A stretch of DNA of 63,580 nucleotides, filler included, from Globobulimina sp. (taxonomy: Eukaryota), in the NCBI GenBank assembly GCA_003354225.1. It is 48 parts of 48 records of this genome, joined end to end, with 100 filler letters (N's around TTAATTAATTAA, not from the genome) between each part and the next. Parts side by side here need not be neighbours in the genome. Positions count along the whole stretch, not along the records: positions 62,355 to 63,580 come from PIVH01020598.1; 47 more parts are not named here. One strand, given 5' to 3'. The notes under the pieces were generated by a model, which saw nothing but the letters and a program-made list of their open reading frames with translations, did no database searches and was not told the DNA's origin. Below, in pieces: positions 63,489 to 63,580 of this stretch (the stretch's first letter is position 1; the number at the start of each line of letters is the position of its first letter). Made by a program: the position numbers and the translations under genes.

Positions 63489-63580
63489 TATTAATACAAA
63501 TGTAAAAGTAGAGATTGATAGGGATGCTGTGATGCAATTTATCGATGCTATCGGTGCAATAAATAATTATTTCTATCCGG

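Overview
This is not a contiguous locus. It is about 48 unrelated contigs of about 1.23 kb, joined by an artificial 100-nt spacer (N44-TTAATTAATTAA-N44), so adjacency across spacers is meaningless. Most contigs come from a very AT-rich protist. Short 60-100 nt GT-AG introns, PT-repeat surface proteins, a GPCR/RGS-like protein, SPRY-like and SAM/coiled-coil families and a divergent histone H4 suggest a foraminiferan or other rhizarian (inference). A few contigs look bacterial (21237-22463, part of 37161-38386) or metazoan-like. Recognisable genes: H4, H2A (with a 3' stem-loop), TFB5, MAT1, UBA1, Snu114, an actin-related protein, ABCA, a P450, a purple acid phosphatase, a dual-specificity phosphatase and an SPFH protein. 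Retroelement pieces (RT, RNase H, Gypsy integrase) and several MITE/TIR ends are also present. The most interesting signals are outside the ORF track: (1) a complete hammerhead ribozyme core whose three strands are in a non-circularly permuted order (10249-10333); (2) a family of tRNA-like elements with covarying acceptor and T stems but no proper anticodon loop, in three independent contigs; (3) a closed 1108-bp non-coding unit carrying one of these plus an Sm-site RNA candidate; (4) an intron-containing Polinton-like PolB N-terminus; (5) in-frame TGA codons and a possible GA-AG intron. All calls were made by eye; no searches were run.
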